Below, piece after piece: positions 39,452-49,259 of a DNA stretch of 64,000 nucleotides. Location of the stretch: contig CAWICA010000002.1 of NCBI GenBank assembly GCA_963834525.1, positions 36,666 to 100,665 of the forward strand, in the 5' to 3' direction. This DNA comes from Bryobacterales bacterium (GTDB lineage Bacteria > Cyanobacteriota > Vampirovibrionia > Obscuribacterales > Obscuribacteraceae). The notes under the pieces were generated by a model. It ran no database searches, was not told the origin of the DNA, and worked only from the letters and a program-made list of their open reading frames with translations. Positions within the stretch are counted from its first letter, which is position 1; each line of letters begins with the position of its first letter. The position numbers and the translations under genes were made by a program.

Positions 39452-40645
39452 ATGACGGAAAACCAACGATCGCAAGTCGCAACCAGCAATGAAAATTACA
39501 TTCAAGCTCCTGAACTCAAAGCGTGGAGCCCAGGCAAGCTAACTGTTGTATTGCGCGCGCATAAAGGCGCTAATAGAGTCCAGCTATTGAATGCCCTGAA
39601 CTCTCTAGTTGCTCAAGATTATGTGCCGATGGAGATCCTGCTTGTCACTGATGATTCAGACATGACAGCGCAGGAGAGTTTGCGCTCTCTCGTTGCTTCG
39701 AGCTTCAAAACTCAAGAAGAGAAAAAACAAGGCAAAGTGCTTTTTTGCGATTGCTCTGATCTACAAGATTCCAGATCTCGACTCCTTAACGAGGGGATAC
39801 TCAGCGCTTCTGGTCAATATTTAGCCTTTCTGGATTATGACGACATAGTCTATCCGAGCGCTTATTCGACTTTGATTGATGAACTGATAACTTCTGGAAA
39901 GGCAGTGGCAGCAGGCGGCTGCAAAGTCGCACAGATGTCCTGGAATGGGGAGGACCTAGTTCAACTTAAGCTGCGTGATTTGGAACTGAAAGGCTCCTCC
40001 AAGTTAGATTTATGGCGAGCCAATTTCTTACCGATCCACAGCTTTGTCCTCAATCGAGCATTAATCGCAAACGAGCTTTTGCAAACGAACCAATCTCTCA
40101 ACCGCTTAGAAGACTACTGGCTTCTTCTTCAAATCTCATTCGCCGTAGAATTTTCATTTACGCGAATGGACAAACCGGTCTGCGAATACAGAACTTTCAG
40201 TGCCGATCTTTCTGGTGCCCAGACTTCAGACTCAAAAGACTGGCAAAGCGCGAAAGATTGCATTGATTTTCTATTGAGAGATTCTTTTGCCAAAGTGCAA
40301 GTCGAAGAGGTATGCCAAGTGTTGCGCGAACTGAGACAAGCAAGTCTCAAATTGGCCGCCGCCTCTGAAGAAGTGTCTCACAAACAGGCAAGGATGACGG
40401 AGCTGAAAGCGACTATACATTCCCTACAACAAGAAAATAACCAGCTCGGCGAAAGAATCGCCAATCTCACAAACCAGGCAGAAGGACTGAAGAGAAACAA
40501 CGAGCAGATGGCGTTGCAGCTCGACCAGCTAAACGCGATACTAGCGAGAAAGCCTTATTTTATTCTCTCCAGGCTGATGGGAGTGGCGGACCGGTTTAGA
40601 ACACGCCGCTCAACTAAAGAGACACTGCAAAACGAGGGCATGTGA
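39452..40645 (+). CDS. GT2-like glycosyltransferase with C-terminal coiled coil
   Basis: 'LTVVLRAHKGANRVQLLNALNSLVAQDYVPMEILLVTDDSDM' and 'YLAFLDYDDIVYPSAY' (DXD retained). The C-terminus is heptad-like, 'MTELKATIHSLQQENNQLGERIANLTNQAEGLKRNNEQMALQLDQLNAIL'. Confidence 0.55.
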   Translation: MTENQRSQVATSNENYIQAPELKAWSPGKLTVVLRAHKGANRVQLLNALNSLVAQDYVPMEILLVTDDSDMTAQESLRSLVASSFKTQEEKKQGKVLFCDCSDLQDSRSRLLNEGILSASGQYLAFLDYDDIVYPSAYSTLIDELITSGKAVAAGGCKVAQMSWNGEDLVQLKLRDLELKGSSKLDLWRANFLPIHSFVLNRALIANELLQTNQSLNRLEDYWLLLQISFAVEFSFTRMDKPVCEYRTFSADLSGAQTSDSKDWQSAKDCIDFLLRDSFAKVQVEEVCQVLRELRQASLKLAAASEEVSHKQARMTELKATIHSLQQENNQLGERIANLTNQAEGLKRNNEQMALQLDQLNAILARKPYFILSRLMGVADRFRTRRSTKETLQNEGM

Positions 40646-41910
40646 CAAATTTAGCGACTGAGAACAACCTACCCGCAAGCGTCGTTCGCCCAGAGCGGAA
40701 GATGCCGACGACTCTATTAGTTACATCGACTAGGCCAGGGGTGGGTACAGTGGGCGAGATTTTCCTTTCTGCTGTTTGCAAATTGTTCTCACGCGGAGAG
40801 CTTTATTGCGTTGCCGGTGTTTCCGTGTACGACATACCTGTTTTGGATCCTGACCTTGATTGGCTCGAAATCAATTCTTTCAAACTCCCTGGCGAATTTC
40901 ACTGGCAATATGAAGAAGAAACACCACTTAAAAAGCTGCTGAGAAAATTTCGCCATGTGGAGTTGTTGAGGGCCGACTTAAGTTCTCACGTGGAAGAACT
41001 TATCACAACAATCAAGAGAAAAAAAATTGAGCTACTTTTGCTCGTCTTGAATAGTCCAAGTATGATCCTGATCGCTGATGCCATTCTCAAACACTCCGAC
41101 ATTCCATCCGTTGCCATTGTTTGGGATCCGATTCAATCGATTACAGAACAACGCAAGATGGATCGCCTAAGTCAAGCCAAACTAGAAGAGCGATTTGATG
41201 CTGTGATCGGCAAAGTAAAAGCCTGCGGGGTAGCGTCGCCTGGCATGAAAGAATATTTGGCAAAAAAGGGCGTGCCTACCAAGGTGCTGATCAATCCAGT
41301 CAATCCTTATACCTCTTTTAAAGACAAAACAAAAGACAAGCTAATTATCAGTTTTGCTGGTTCAATCTATGCACACAAAGAGTTCAAAGCTTTACTCAAA
41401 GCGCTAAACAAATATGACTGGAAAATCAAAGATCGCGCTGTCGAATTACGCATATTCAGTCACTTTTGTGATTTGGCCATCCCTGCTTCGGGCAGGCGAG
41501 TCAATGTCTCATTTAAAGGCCATTTGCGCGAGCACGAATTGTTAGAGGAACTTGCCTCCTCACACGTAGCGTACTTGCCATATTGGTTTGACAAAGAATA
41601 TGCAAATGCAGTAAAGATTTGCTTCCCTAATAAGTTAGCTACTTACGTCGCTGCCGGATGCCCGATTTTATATCATGGGCCTGCCGAATCCACACCTGCG
41701 TCATTTCTGGCAAGATTTCACGTGGGCAAAAGCGTGCACAACGTTGACGCAGACAATTTAGCCGAGGCTCTCGGATCACTCGTTGATGATCAGAAGTTTT
41801 TGGCAGAATATCCCAGCCAACGAGCGAGCGCTATCAGCCAAGAGTTGAGCCCAGATATTTTCAGAAGCAGGTTTCTGGAACTAGTAGCGATGGCGACGGA
41901 AAAGAAATGA
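40642..41910 (+). CDS. Putative GT-B-fold glycosyltransferase, divergent
   Basis: 422-aa soluble ORF. The C-terminal half ('LIISFAGSIYAHKEF', 'FPNKLATYVAAGCPILYHGPAESTPASFLARFHVGKSV') has a GT-B donor-domain layout. The call is weak. Confidence 0.4.
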   Translation: MTNLATENNLPASVVRPERKMPTTLLVTSTRPGVGTVGEIFLSAVCKLFSRGELYCVAGVSVYDIPVLDPDLDWLEINSFKLPGEFHWQYEEETPLKKLLRKFRHVELLRADLSSHVEELITTIKRKKIELLLLVLNSPSMILIADAILKHSDIPSVAIVWDPIQSITEQRKMDRLSQAKLEERFDAVIGKVKACGVASPGMKEYLAKKGVPTKVLINPVNPYTSFKDKTKDKLIISFAGSIYAHKEFKALLKALNKYDWKIKDRAVELRIFSHFCDLAIPASGRRVNVSFKGHLREHELLEELASSHVAYLPYWFDKEYANAVKICFPNKLATYVAAGCPILYHGPAESTPASFLARFHVGKSVHNVDADNLAEALGSLVDDQKFLAEYPSQRASAISQELSPDIFRSRFLELVAMATEKK

Positions 41911-42806
41911 AGCGACCGAGAGTACTGATCTTTGGCGGCAAAGGAATGCTCGGGCACAAGCTGGCTCAGACGATTTCCGAAACCTGCGAAACACTAGCTA
42001 CGGTTAGAGAAACACAATTAGATTCTTTTACGAAGAAAGTTCTCGCTGATGTTGAGATCATCCCTTCAGTGGCAGTGGAGGATTTCGCTCAAATTCAATC
42101 CCTGATCAAAAAGATTCATCCGGCAGTGATCGTGAATTGCGTGGGAATCGTCAAGCAATTGCCGGCAGCGCAAGACTATATCAGTAGTATTGCGGTAAAT
42201 GCCTTGTTTCCCCATCAGCTTGCTCAAATTTGCAGATCAGAGAGCGTCCGCTTGATCGCTTTAAGCACCGATTGTGTCTTCTCCGGAAAGAAAGGCATGT
42301 ATACGGACTCCGACACACCGGATCCTGTTGATCTCTATGGTCGAACAAAATATTTGGGTGAAGTGCCTTTTGAGGGATGTCTGACTATACGAACATCCAT
42401 GATTGGGCGGCAATTAACCGGCACACATGGGCTCCTTGAATGGTTTTTGAATCAGCCTGACGCAAAAGTAAAAGGTTACAAAAATGCCATCTTCAGCGGA
42501 CTGACCACCAATACTTTGTCGCAAGTAATTGCGGAATTGATTTTTAAGCACCCGCAACTGTGCGGAATTTGGCAGGTAGCAGCTCAGCCCATTGCCAAAT
42601 TTGATCTGCTTCATGTAATAAAAGACGTGTACAACTTAGAGGTATCCATCGAGCCGGATACGGCTTACGTTTGCGACAGATCGTTGAATGGAGAAAGATT
42701 TAGAGAAGCCACATCGATAGTGATTCCCGACTGGACTGATATGATTACCCAGATGTACAGAGATCCGACCCCGTATCCAGCGCGGAGCATGCTGCATGTT
42801 AAGTGA
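41907..42806 (+). CDS. RmlD-like 4-reductase (dTDP-4-dehydrorhamnose reductase family, WbvR-like)
   Basis: 'RVLIFGGKGMLGHKL', 'LSTDCVFSGKKGMYTDSDTPDPVDLYGRTKYLGE'. 299 aa. It overlaps the next gene. Confidence 0.7.
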   Translation: MKRPRVLIFGGKGMLGHKLAQTISETCETLATVRETQLDSFTKKVLADVEIIPSVAVEDFAQIQSLIKKIHPAVIVNCVGIVKQLPAAQDYISSIAVNALFPHQLAQICRSESVRLIALSTDCVFSGKKGMYTDSDTPDPVDLYGRTKYLGEVPFEGCLTIRTSMIGRQLTGTHGLLEWFLNQPDAKVKGYKNAIFSGLTTNTLSQVIAELIFKHPQLCGIWQVAAQPIAKFDLLHVIKDVYNLEVSIEPDTAYVCDRSLNGERFREATSIVIPDWTDMITQMYRDPTPYPARSMLHVK

Positions 42807-43866
42807 TAAAAGAGTAGTTGTTTTCGGCGGCACTGGCTCGCTCGGCAAAGTTCTCGTGCGCCGGTTGCTGGAAGGGGAATTGGGCAAACCTAAGAAATTG
42901 CTGGTAGTTTCACGAGATGAAGCTAAGCAACATTTCATGAGACTCGAGTTTCAGAGACTGGCGGCAGCGAGCACGGACGAGATCTTTTACCATAACTACG
43001 AAAGGGTTTTGCAGTTCCACATCGGCGATGTGCGCGACTATAGCTCGGTTTTGACTGCGCTGAGAAACGCCGACTACGTTTTTAATGCAGCAGCATTGAA
43101 GCAAGTACCCGCCTGTGAATATTTCCCGTTTGAAGCCGTACAAACAAATATCGTCGGTGCTGAGAATATTATTCGAGCCGTTAGAGAGAACCATTTGCCG
43201 ATTCAGGCTGTCGTCGGCGTGTCCACTGACAAGGCCTGCAAACCAGTCAATGTTATGGGCATGACCAAAGCGATCCAAGAGAGACTTTACGGCCGAGCCA
43301 ATTTGGATTGCCCGAATACACGATTTGTCTGTGCCCGCTATGGCAACGTCATTGCCTCCAGAGGATCAGTGATACCACTTTTTCGCGAGCAAATTGCCCA
43401 GGGCGGTCCGGTCACCGTAACCACTGCCGATATGACTCGCTTTTTGCTGGGGTTAGATCGAGCTGTTGATACCATTCTCGAAGCATTGAAGAGTGGCAAA
43501 CCGGGAGAGATCTATATCCCCCGCTGCCCGGCAGCAAAAATAATTGACGTAGCCGAAGTAATTATTGGTGACCAGCCGATCGAAATAAAGATCATCGGCA
43601 TTCGACCCGGCGAAAAACTACACGAGTCGTTAATCTCAGCGGAAGAAGGCTATCGGACGATCGAACGAAATGGCTACTATGTCATTCTGCCAATGTTGCC
43701 AGAGTTGCAACCGGACAAATTCGAAGTCTACAAACTTGCGGGACGAGAGTACGATTCGCAATGCGATCTCATGAACAAAGAGCAAATCGAAAAGCTGCTT
43801 AGACAATACAATCTTCTCCTCGACGAAAGTACTCGAGTACGCATCAAACAAAGCCTTGCGGTATGA
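42796..43866 (+). CDS. UDP-GlcNAc 4,6-dehydratase/5-epimerase of the CapE/FnlA/WbjB/WbvB type
   Basis: 'VVVFGGTGSLGKVL', 'SRDEAKQ', 'HIGDVRDYSSV', 'FNAAALKQVPACEYFPFEAVQTNIVGAENI' and 'VSTDKACKPVNVMGMTKA', where Met occupies the usual Tyr position as in CapE. Also 'YGNVIASRGSVIPLF' and 'MTRF'. Confidence 0.8.
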   Translation: MLSDKRVVVFGGTGSLGKVLVRRLLEGELGKPKKLLVVSRDEAKQHFMRLEFQRLAAASTDEIFYHNYERVLQFHIGDVRDYSSVLTALRNADYVFNAAALKQVPACEYFPFEAVQTNIVGAENIIRAVRENHLPIQAVVGVSTDKACKPVNVMGMTKAIQERLYGRANLDCPNTRFVCARYGNVIASRGSVIPLFREQIAQGGPVTVTTADMTRFLLGLDRAVDTILEALKSGKPGEIYIPRCPAAKIIDVAEVIIGDQPIEIKIIGIRPGEKLHESLISAEEGYRTIERNGYYVILPMLPELQPDKFEVYKLAGREYDSQCDLMNKEQIEKLLRQYNLLLDESTRVRIKQSLAV

Positions 43867-44978
43867 GAATAATGACCATTCTGGGCACTCGCCCAGAGAT
43901 AATTCGACTATGCCGAGTAATTGAAAAGCTGGACAAAATATGTGAGCAACTCTTAGTGCACACCGGTCAAAACTTTGATCGGAATCTGAACGATATTTTT
44001 TTCAAGCAACTGAAAATTCGTAAGCCTGATCACATGTTGACGACAGCAGCTGAGACATTCGGCAAGCAAGCCGGAAATATTCTCTCATCCTGCGAAGAAC
44101 TAATGCTGAAGCTAAGGCCCGACCGCTTGCTTGTTTTGGGCGATACCAATAGCGCCTTATCGGTCATACCAGCTAAACGGCTGGGCATCCCAGTTTTTCA
44201 TATGGAGGCCGGCAATCGTTGCTTTGACGATCGAGTGCCTGAAGAGGTAAACCGGCGAATTATCGATCACTCCAGTGACATACTGATGCCTTATACCGAA
44301 CGAAGCCGTGCCAACTTGTTGCATGAAGGAATAGAGAGCAAGCGCATTTTCGTGACGGGCAATCCAATTTTCGAGGTAATTGAATATTATGCCCAGGAAA
44401 TAGAAAAGTCACCGATATTAGCAAAATTGTCCATTGAGCCGCACAAGTATTTCTTAGTCACTGCTCACCGTGCCGAGAATGTGGACGTCGAAAATCGGTT
44501 GCACCACATAATTCAGGCGCTGGAGACCTTGCACAAACAGTTTGGCATGCCAATTATAGTAAGCACCCACCCGCGCACAAAGGCTCGTATAGAACAGTTC
44601 AAATTCTCAGCAGGCAGTGCGGTCCGCTTTTTAGAGCCTTTCGGATTCCCCGACTTTGTTCAACTCGAGAAAAACGCATTCTGCACGCTCACCGACAGCG
44701 GCACCGTCCAAGAAGAGTGCTGCATCTTACACGTGCCTAATGTCACCATTCGCGACACAACAGAAAGACCTGAGACGATCGAAGCAGGCAGCAATATCAT
44801 ATCGGGCATCGGAACCGAGAGCATCGTACGTGCTGTTAAGGTAGCAGTGGAACGCGGTTGCAGTTGGAATGCACCGAGTGAATATCTCGCCCGGTCAGTG
44901 AGTGATACGGTTATTAATATCGTACTTGGCTATTCAGAATCACGAGTTGATACCCCTGTGCCCGATAACAGACAGTAA
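43863..44978 (+). CDS. Non-hydrolysing UDP-N-acetylhexosamine 2-epimerase (CapG/FnlC/WbvD/WecB family)
   Basis: 'MTILGTRPEIIRL', 'HTGQNFDRNLNDIFFKQLKIRKPD', 'VLGDTNSAL', 'HMEAGNRCFDDRVPEEVNRRIIDH', 'DSGTVQEE'. Confidence 0.85.
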   Translation: MRIMTILGTRPEIIRLCRVIEKLDKICEQLLVHTGQNFDRNLNDIFFKQLKIRKPDHMLTTAAETFGKQAGNILSSCEELMLKLRPDRLLVLGDTNSALSVIPAKRLGIPVFHMEAGNRCFDDRVPEEVNRRIIDHSSDILMPYTERSRANLLHEGIESKRIFVTGNPIFEVIEYYAQEIEKSPILAKLSIEPHKYFLVTAHRAENVDVENRLHHIIQALETLHKQFGMPIIVSTHPRTKARIEQFKFSAGSAVRFLEPFGFPDFVQLEKNAFCTLTDSGTVQEECCILHVPNVTIRDTTERPETIEAGSNIISGIGTESIVRAVKVAVERGCSWNAPSEYLARSVSDTVINIVLGYSESRVDTPVPDNRQ

Positions 44979-45031
44979 TGCAGCTCTTGCAACATCCAAT
45001 CCACAAGGAATTCATACGGAGGTAGTTAAGC

Positions 45032-46351
45032 GTGGAAGCATATTACACGGGTTGTCCAGCATGCTCCGATTTCGACCATGAAGTGCTCTTCCAAGCCTTT
45101 TATCATGGTGTCAATCATCCATTCGAGAACATTGTAATTTGCAGCAAGTGTGGCTGCGTCTTTAGAAATCCGGTTGTGCCGGACAATGGTTTGCACTATG
45201 CAAACGTACATAGCTGGGGGGACGGAAACGTTTTTAAACAGCGTTTTCAAACACTTTCTCAGTTCTTTCGCGATCGACAAATGTTGCTGCGGCCAGGAAT
45301 GATCCATCTCGACATCGGCTCAGGACCAGGTTGGTTCACTGAAATATTACACCGCGATAATCCTAATGTGCGCGTAGTCCTTTTGGAACCGACTCCTGAG
45401 GTTGGGGAGTACGCAAGACAACTTAATCCAAACGCAGTGGTGGTACCGAGCAGAATAGATGAAGCAGTATTGCCAGAAGGGTCCTTCGATCTGATCACCG
45501 CTTGCGGTGTCGATTACCTGTTTCGACATTACAGACGAGACCTGGGGAAAATTGCCGGACTCCTTCACCAAGATGGAACATTTTACATTGAGCGTAACGT
45601 CTTCATTCCGCAAAGGGCATGGGCCTTGCAAACAATCCATGACATAGAAGACATGTTCGCCGTCAACAACACGATGAACGTGTGGTTTCACAGAGACCAA
45701 TTCGTTGAGTGCATGTCCAGGATGTTTGATGTGGTCGAGAGCGTCGAGTATTCGATGAACATATCGCCAGCTGGCGGCAAGAGTAGTGGCAGTGAATTAA
45801 AGGGACTTTTCTGCAAGAAAAAGTCGGACAGCTCTAAGAATGACCACGTAAGCAGTTGGTATCTGGAAAACTTGAAGCATCTTCAAGGGTTGGCATACGA
45901 GACTTCGATCGCACAACTCAAGAGCTTGAAATCACAAGGGGTGCAAAACATCGCTATTTGCGGCACAGGCGAAGAAGCCCATACATTAGCAAATATCGTC
46001 CGACATCACGAGGTTTTTTCGATTTCTACATTTTTGTGCTTTGAAGAAGATCCCGCCAATACGCTCGGTAACGCGCCTGTTGGCGATTTGAGAGAATTCG
46101 AACAAGGCAACGATATTGATGCCATTCTTATCGCATCAATCGATAAACAGGACGAATATTCACGAGTTTTGTCCGAGAAAGGGCTTGCCGACATGGCGTT
46201 TCCATGTTTTCGGAAAGGAATAAACAGATTCGCCAGTACCACCAGTAAAGGCAATAAACTCCAAATCAAGGCATTCATGCCTTACACCTTGGCAGAGCAA
46301 AAGAGAACTGCACTGCAAGCCGCTCAGCGCGAGCCGACTCTGACTTCATGA
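45032..46351 (+). CDS. Class I SAM methyltransferase with N-terminal Cys4 zinc-ribbon and a C-terminal Rossmann-like domain
   Basis: 'CPACSDF..CSKCGCVF', motif I 'HLDIGSGPGWFTEIL', and C-terminal 'IAICGTGEEAHTLANIV..DAILIASID'. The three-part layout resembles NDP-hexose C-methyltransferases (TylC3-type), but with low confidence. GTG start. Confidence 0.65.
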   Translation: MEAYYTGCPACSDFDHEVLFQAFYHGVNHPFENIVICSKCGCVFRNPVVPDNGLHYANVHSWGDGNVFKQRFQTLSQFFRDRQMLLRPGMIHLDIGSGPGWFTEILHRDNPNVRVVLLEPTPEVGEYARQLNPNAVVVPSRIDEAVLPEGSFDLITACGVDYLFRHYRRDLGKIAGLLHQDGTFYIERNVFIPQRAWALQTIHDIEDMFAVNNTMNVWFHRDQFVECMSRMFDVVESVEYSMNISPAGGKSSGSELKGLFCKKKSDSSKNDHVSSWYLENLKHLQGLAYETSIAQLKSLKSQGVQNIAICGTGEEAHTLANIVRHHEVFSISTFLCFEEDPANTLGNAPVGDLREFEQGNDIDAILIASIDKQDEYSRVLSEKGLADMAFPCFRKGINRFASTTSKGNKLQIKAFMPYTLAEQKRTALQAAQREPTLTS

Positions 46352-46463
46352 AGTTGCCACCTGCGAACAAAATATAACCTGCACTAGAATTCATGAAGCT
46401 TGCAAAGAATTGGTCTTTAATATATGCAAAGCCTGAACCGGAGCATATAACGAGGAGCGAGAA

Positions 46464-47399
46464 GTGGCCGCAATTGACGTTCACCGCGAAGCGGATACAA
46501 AAGTAGTTGCACCAGAACAGTGGGTAGCTGAAGTAGCTAAGCTGGAAGACAAATATTGTCGCGAAATTCGAAGAGTCGATCCTGTCAAGGCTGTAAGTAA
46601 CATCAGCAGCGGATTCAGCGCAGGTTACCAGGTAATAAAGCCTTATCTGAAAAGATATGAAAATGCGAAGGTACTGGAGGTCGGATCCGGCTATGGTTTT
46701 GGTTTAACCTACCTGAGAAAACTGGGAATCAATGCTTTCGGCGTCGAACCTGGCAACAGCACGGGCTTCGAGGGCAGACATAATCAAGCCAAGCAATTGA
46801 TGGAAGCGAATGGAATCGAAAATGCCAGTCAAATTCTTTTTCCAGCAATGGGCGAGGCACTGCCGTTTGCAGATAGCTCATTCGACATTGTGTACTCCCT
46901 AGATGTATTGGAGCACGTTAGAAATATTGAGGACTGCCTGCGGGAAGCTTACCGCGTGGTTAAACCAGGCGGCATAATCATGATGGTTGTGCCCAACTAC
47001 AATTCTTTCCGAGAGCAACATTATGATGTGTTTTGGCTTCCGCATCTGTTGCATAACAAAGCCGTTGCTAGGTGGTATGTTAGAACCTTCTTTGGACGCA
47101 AGGATTGGTTTATAGACGAACTGACATTCGTAACGCCGAAGTATTTCAAGAACTTAGTTGGCAATATTCCTGAGTTACAAGGTATGAACTTCCGCGTGAA
47201 CATTGACCCGAATATTCCTTTTCTCAGCAAATTCTTTAGTCATGTTGCAGCGAGATATTATCAATTTAGATCTAAGAAACGCGTCAACTTGAGCGCGAGA
47301 GAAAAACTCTCTGGTGGATTGACTGAGCTGCTGCTAAATTTTGGCGAATTCATTGGAATGGCACAAGTTTGTTTTGTTATATGGGATCCGGCTAAGTAA
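46464..47399 (+). CDS. Class I SAM-dependent methyltransferase
   Basis: 'KVLEVGSGYGFGLTYL', 'FDIVYSLDVLEHVRNIEDCLREAYRVVKPGGIIMMVVPN'. GTG start. Confidence 0.75.
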   Translation: MAAIDVHREADTKVVAPEQWVAEVAKLEDKYCREIRRVDPVKAVSNISSGFSAGYQVIKPYLKRYENAKVLEVGSGYGFGLTYLRKLGINAFGVEPGNSTGFEGRHNQAKQLMEANGIENASQILFPAMGEALPFADSSFDIVYSLDVLEHVRNIEDCLREAYRVVKPGGIIMMVVPNYNSFREQHYDVFWLPHLLHNKAVARWYVRTFFGRKDWFIDELTFVTPKYFKNLVGNIPELQGMNFRVNIDPNIPFLSKFFSHVAARYYQFRSKKRVNLSAREKLSGGLTELLLNFGEFIGMAQVCFVIWDPAK

Positions 47400-47496
47400 A
47401 GCAGATTGTTCTAAAATGCAATAAAATCGAAGCCGGTGCGTAACACGAAGGTCGGGAACCGAAGGGAGTACAGCCGGTTCTAGCAATGTACTGCAC

Positions 47497-49245
47497 TCAG
47501 CGCCCCAGAAGTTTTTTGTAAATATCCTCACACTGTCGAACCGAATCTTCTGGACCTAACTGGTTCACAGCGGACAAGCAAAGATCGCCAATATGACGAC
47601 GGTAGTCCAAATCTCGAATCAGTTTACCAACCGCTTCCTTGACTTTCGCGAAGTCCCCTCTCGGCAATAGTACGCGAGGGTCGCATATGAAGCTGTCAGC
47701 AGGGGACCAATTTGTTTGATCAAACAGATGCATGTAGTCATTTTCGTAACAGACAATCGGGATACCCATTGCCATCGGTTGAAACAAAGTTTGCCCTCCA
47801 CCGTTTGGATAGGTATCGACGATGATATCCGCGATGGTTAAAATTTTGCGAAAGTCCTTACGCCAGCCAAGACAGCGAACTCTGTCTCGAACGCTTGGCT
47901 GAATTATTGAATCTAGAAAAGATACATTTTCATCCGACGGGCCAGCAGCTAAGTAATAGGCCCTGGGATGCTCGCACAATATTTCGGAGATCATCGCCCA
48001 ATGCACTCTGTCTTGAAATTTTTCCGGTCTGCCACCGCTTACCAGTACACAAGCATCTGGCGGCAAATGAAATTGCTCTTTCGAGTATGGTTCCAAGTCG
48101 GGCGCCTGCTTGCCAATCGTCTTAAATTCGACAAGCGAGCAATTGACAGGCGTATCCATGAGCGGATGCTTAGACCAACTGATGCACCAATCCAAAATTG
48201 GCGGCGCAAATTGAGCCGGCGGTCCGGCAATTATGCCAACCATTAGAGGAGCAGGCCGCAGCGAACACAAGAAATACTGAGAGTAATCTGCTAACCCAGC
48301 ACAAGTCACCAGAAGATCTAACTGGGCAGAGGCGATTTGTTTAGAGACCGCTATAATACGCTCACCAAGGTCTTCGATATCCGGTGCAACACAAACAGTA
48401 ACACCGCATTGCGCCAAGCGCTCTTTCCACATCAGCCCCTGTAGTGAGCTGGTTACGTATGAAGAAGGTTCAAGAGCAAAGCAAAAGATCTCAAATTTCG
48501 ATTTGTCATGCAATCTGCATATCGTTAAATTGATGTCCATGAGTATCGAGTTTAATTCAACGATGCCTCTAAGCAAATAGCCAATTCTTATTTTCGCGGA
48601 GGCCGGTCGGCTGGTCGGGACGGACTGGCAGCGCAACGGCTCTGCTAGCCTGTTTAACGATGACATGATCTCATGGTCGTATTCCCACCGATCGATCCGA
48701 TCGAGCAATGCATAAGTAAAATGAGCCTGGTCAAATTGTTCGATTGCCTTTTGAATGTCGCCCTTCTCGGCTGCAACTAGACCTAGACGCTTATGAGCTT
48801 CCCGTATCGCAGTTGTCTCTCCCAAGGCAGAATGTATATCTCGATATAAAGCCAAGATCTCAGCATCGAAACGAGAGAGAATCCACGCTCTCTCAATAAA
48901 CGCTTTAGCTATTTCAGGCTTACCGGCATGATGATAGACATAGGCTAGCTGGTAATTAACGTAGACGCGATCAGCAGTATGCTCACGACAAAGAAAGGGC
49001 AGCAACTCTTTAACCTCGACAAATTCTAGCGCAGCGATGCGTTTGGTAATTTGATCGAATTGCTCTTTGCTCTTCGGCTCCAGAGATTTGCCCGTTGTCG
49101 CAGAGACTTGCTCACGATCTGGTTTTGCTTTGAAGACCACCACTGAGGAATTTTCTGGTGGCGAATAATTGTCAGAGTTAGTCGTTCTGGTGACAGGTCC
49201 CACCAGTTTACGCCACGATTCAAGGAACACAGATTTCATCAACAA
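47497..49245 (-). CDS. TPR-repeat protein fused to a GT41-like (SPY/OGT-type, COG3914) glycosyltransferase domain
   Basis: TPR-like helices in the N-terminal half ('YQLAYVYHHAGKPEIAKAFIERAWIL', 'GDIQKAIEQFDQAHF'). The C-terminus 'LPPDACVLVSGGRPEKF..HWAMISEILCEHPRAYYLAAGP..RVRCLGW..IADIIVDTYPNGGGQTLFQPMAMGIPIVC' follows the OGT/SPY C-terminal pattern. Confidence 0.6.
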   Translation of the reverse strand: MLMKSVFLESWRKLVGPVTRTTNSDNYSPPENSSVVVFKAKPDREQVSATTGKSLEPKSKEQFDQITKRIAALEFVEVKELLPFLCREHTADRVYVNYQLAYVYHHAGKPEIAKAFIERAWILSRFDAEILALYRDIHSALGETTAIREAHKRLGLVAAEKGDIQKAIEQFDQAHFTYALLDRIDRWEYDHEIMSSLNRLAEPLRCQSVPTSRPASAKIRIGYLLRGIVELNSILMDINLTICRLHDKSKFEIFCFALEPSSYVTSSLQGLMWKERLAQCGVTVCVAPDIEDLGERIIAVSKQIASAQLDLLVTCAGLADYSQYFLCSLRPAPLMVGIIAGPPAQFAPPILDWCISWSKHPLMDTPVNCSLVEFKTIGKQAPDLEPYSKEQFHLPPDACVLVSGGRPEKFQDRVHWAMISEILCEHPRAYYLAAGPSDENVSFLDSIIQPSVRDRVRCLGWRKDFRKILTIADIIVDTYPNGGGQTLFQPMAMGIPIVCYENDYMHLFDQTNWSPADSFICDPRVLLPRGDFAKVKEAVGKLIRDLDYRRHIGDLCLSAVNQLGPEDSVRQCEDIYKKLLGR

Positions 49246-49259
49246 GACCTGTTTTCAAA

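Noticed and set aside
47400-47496. A possible bidirectional rho-independent terminator between the convergent genes ending at 47399 (+) and 47497 (-).
   Set aside because: The only stem is weak: 6 bp (gaaccg / cggttc) with a 13-nt loop and no flanking T-tract. This is not convincing.
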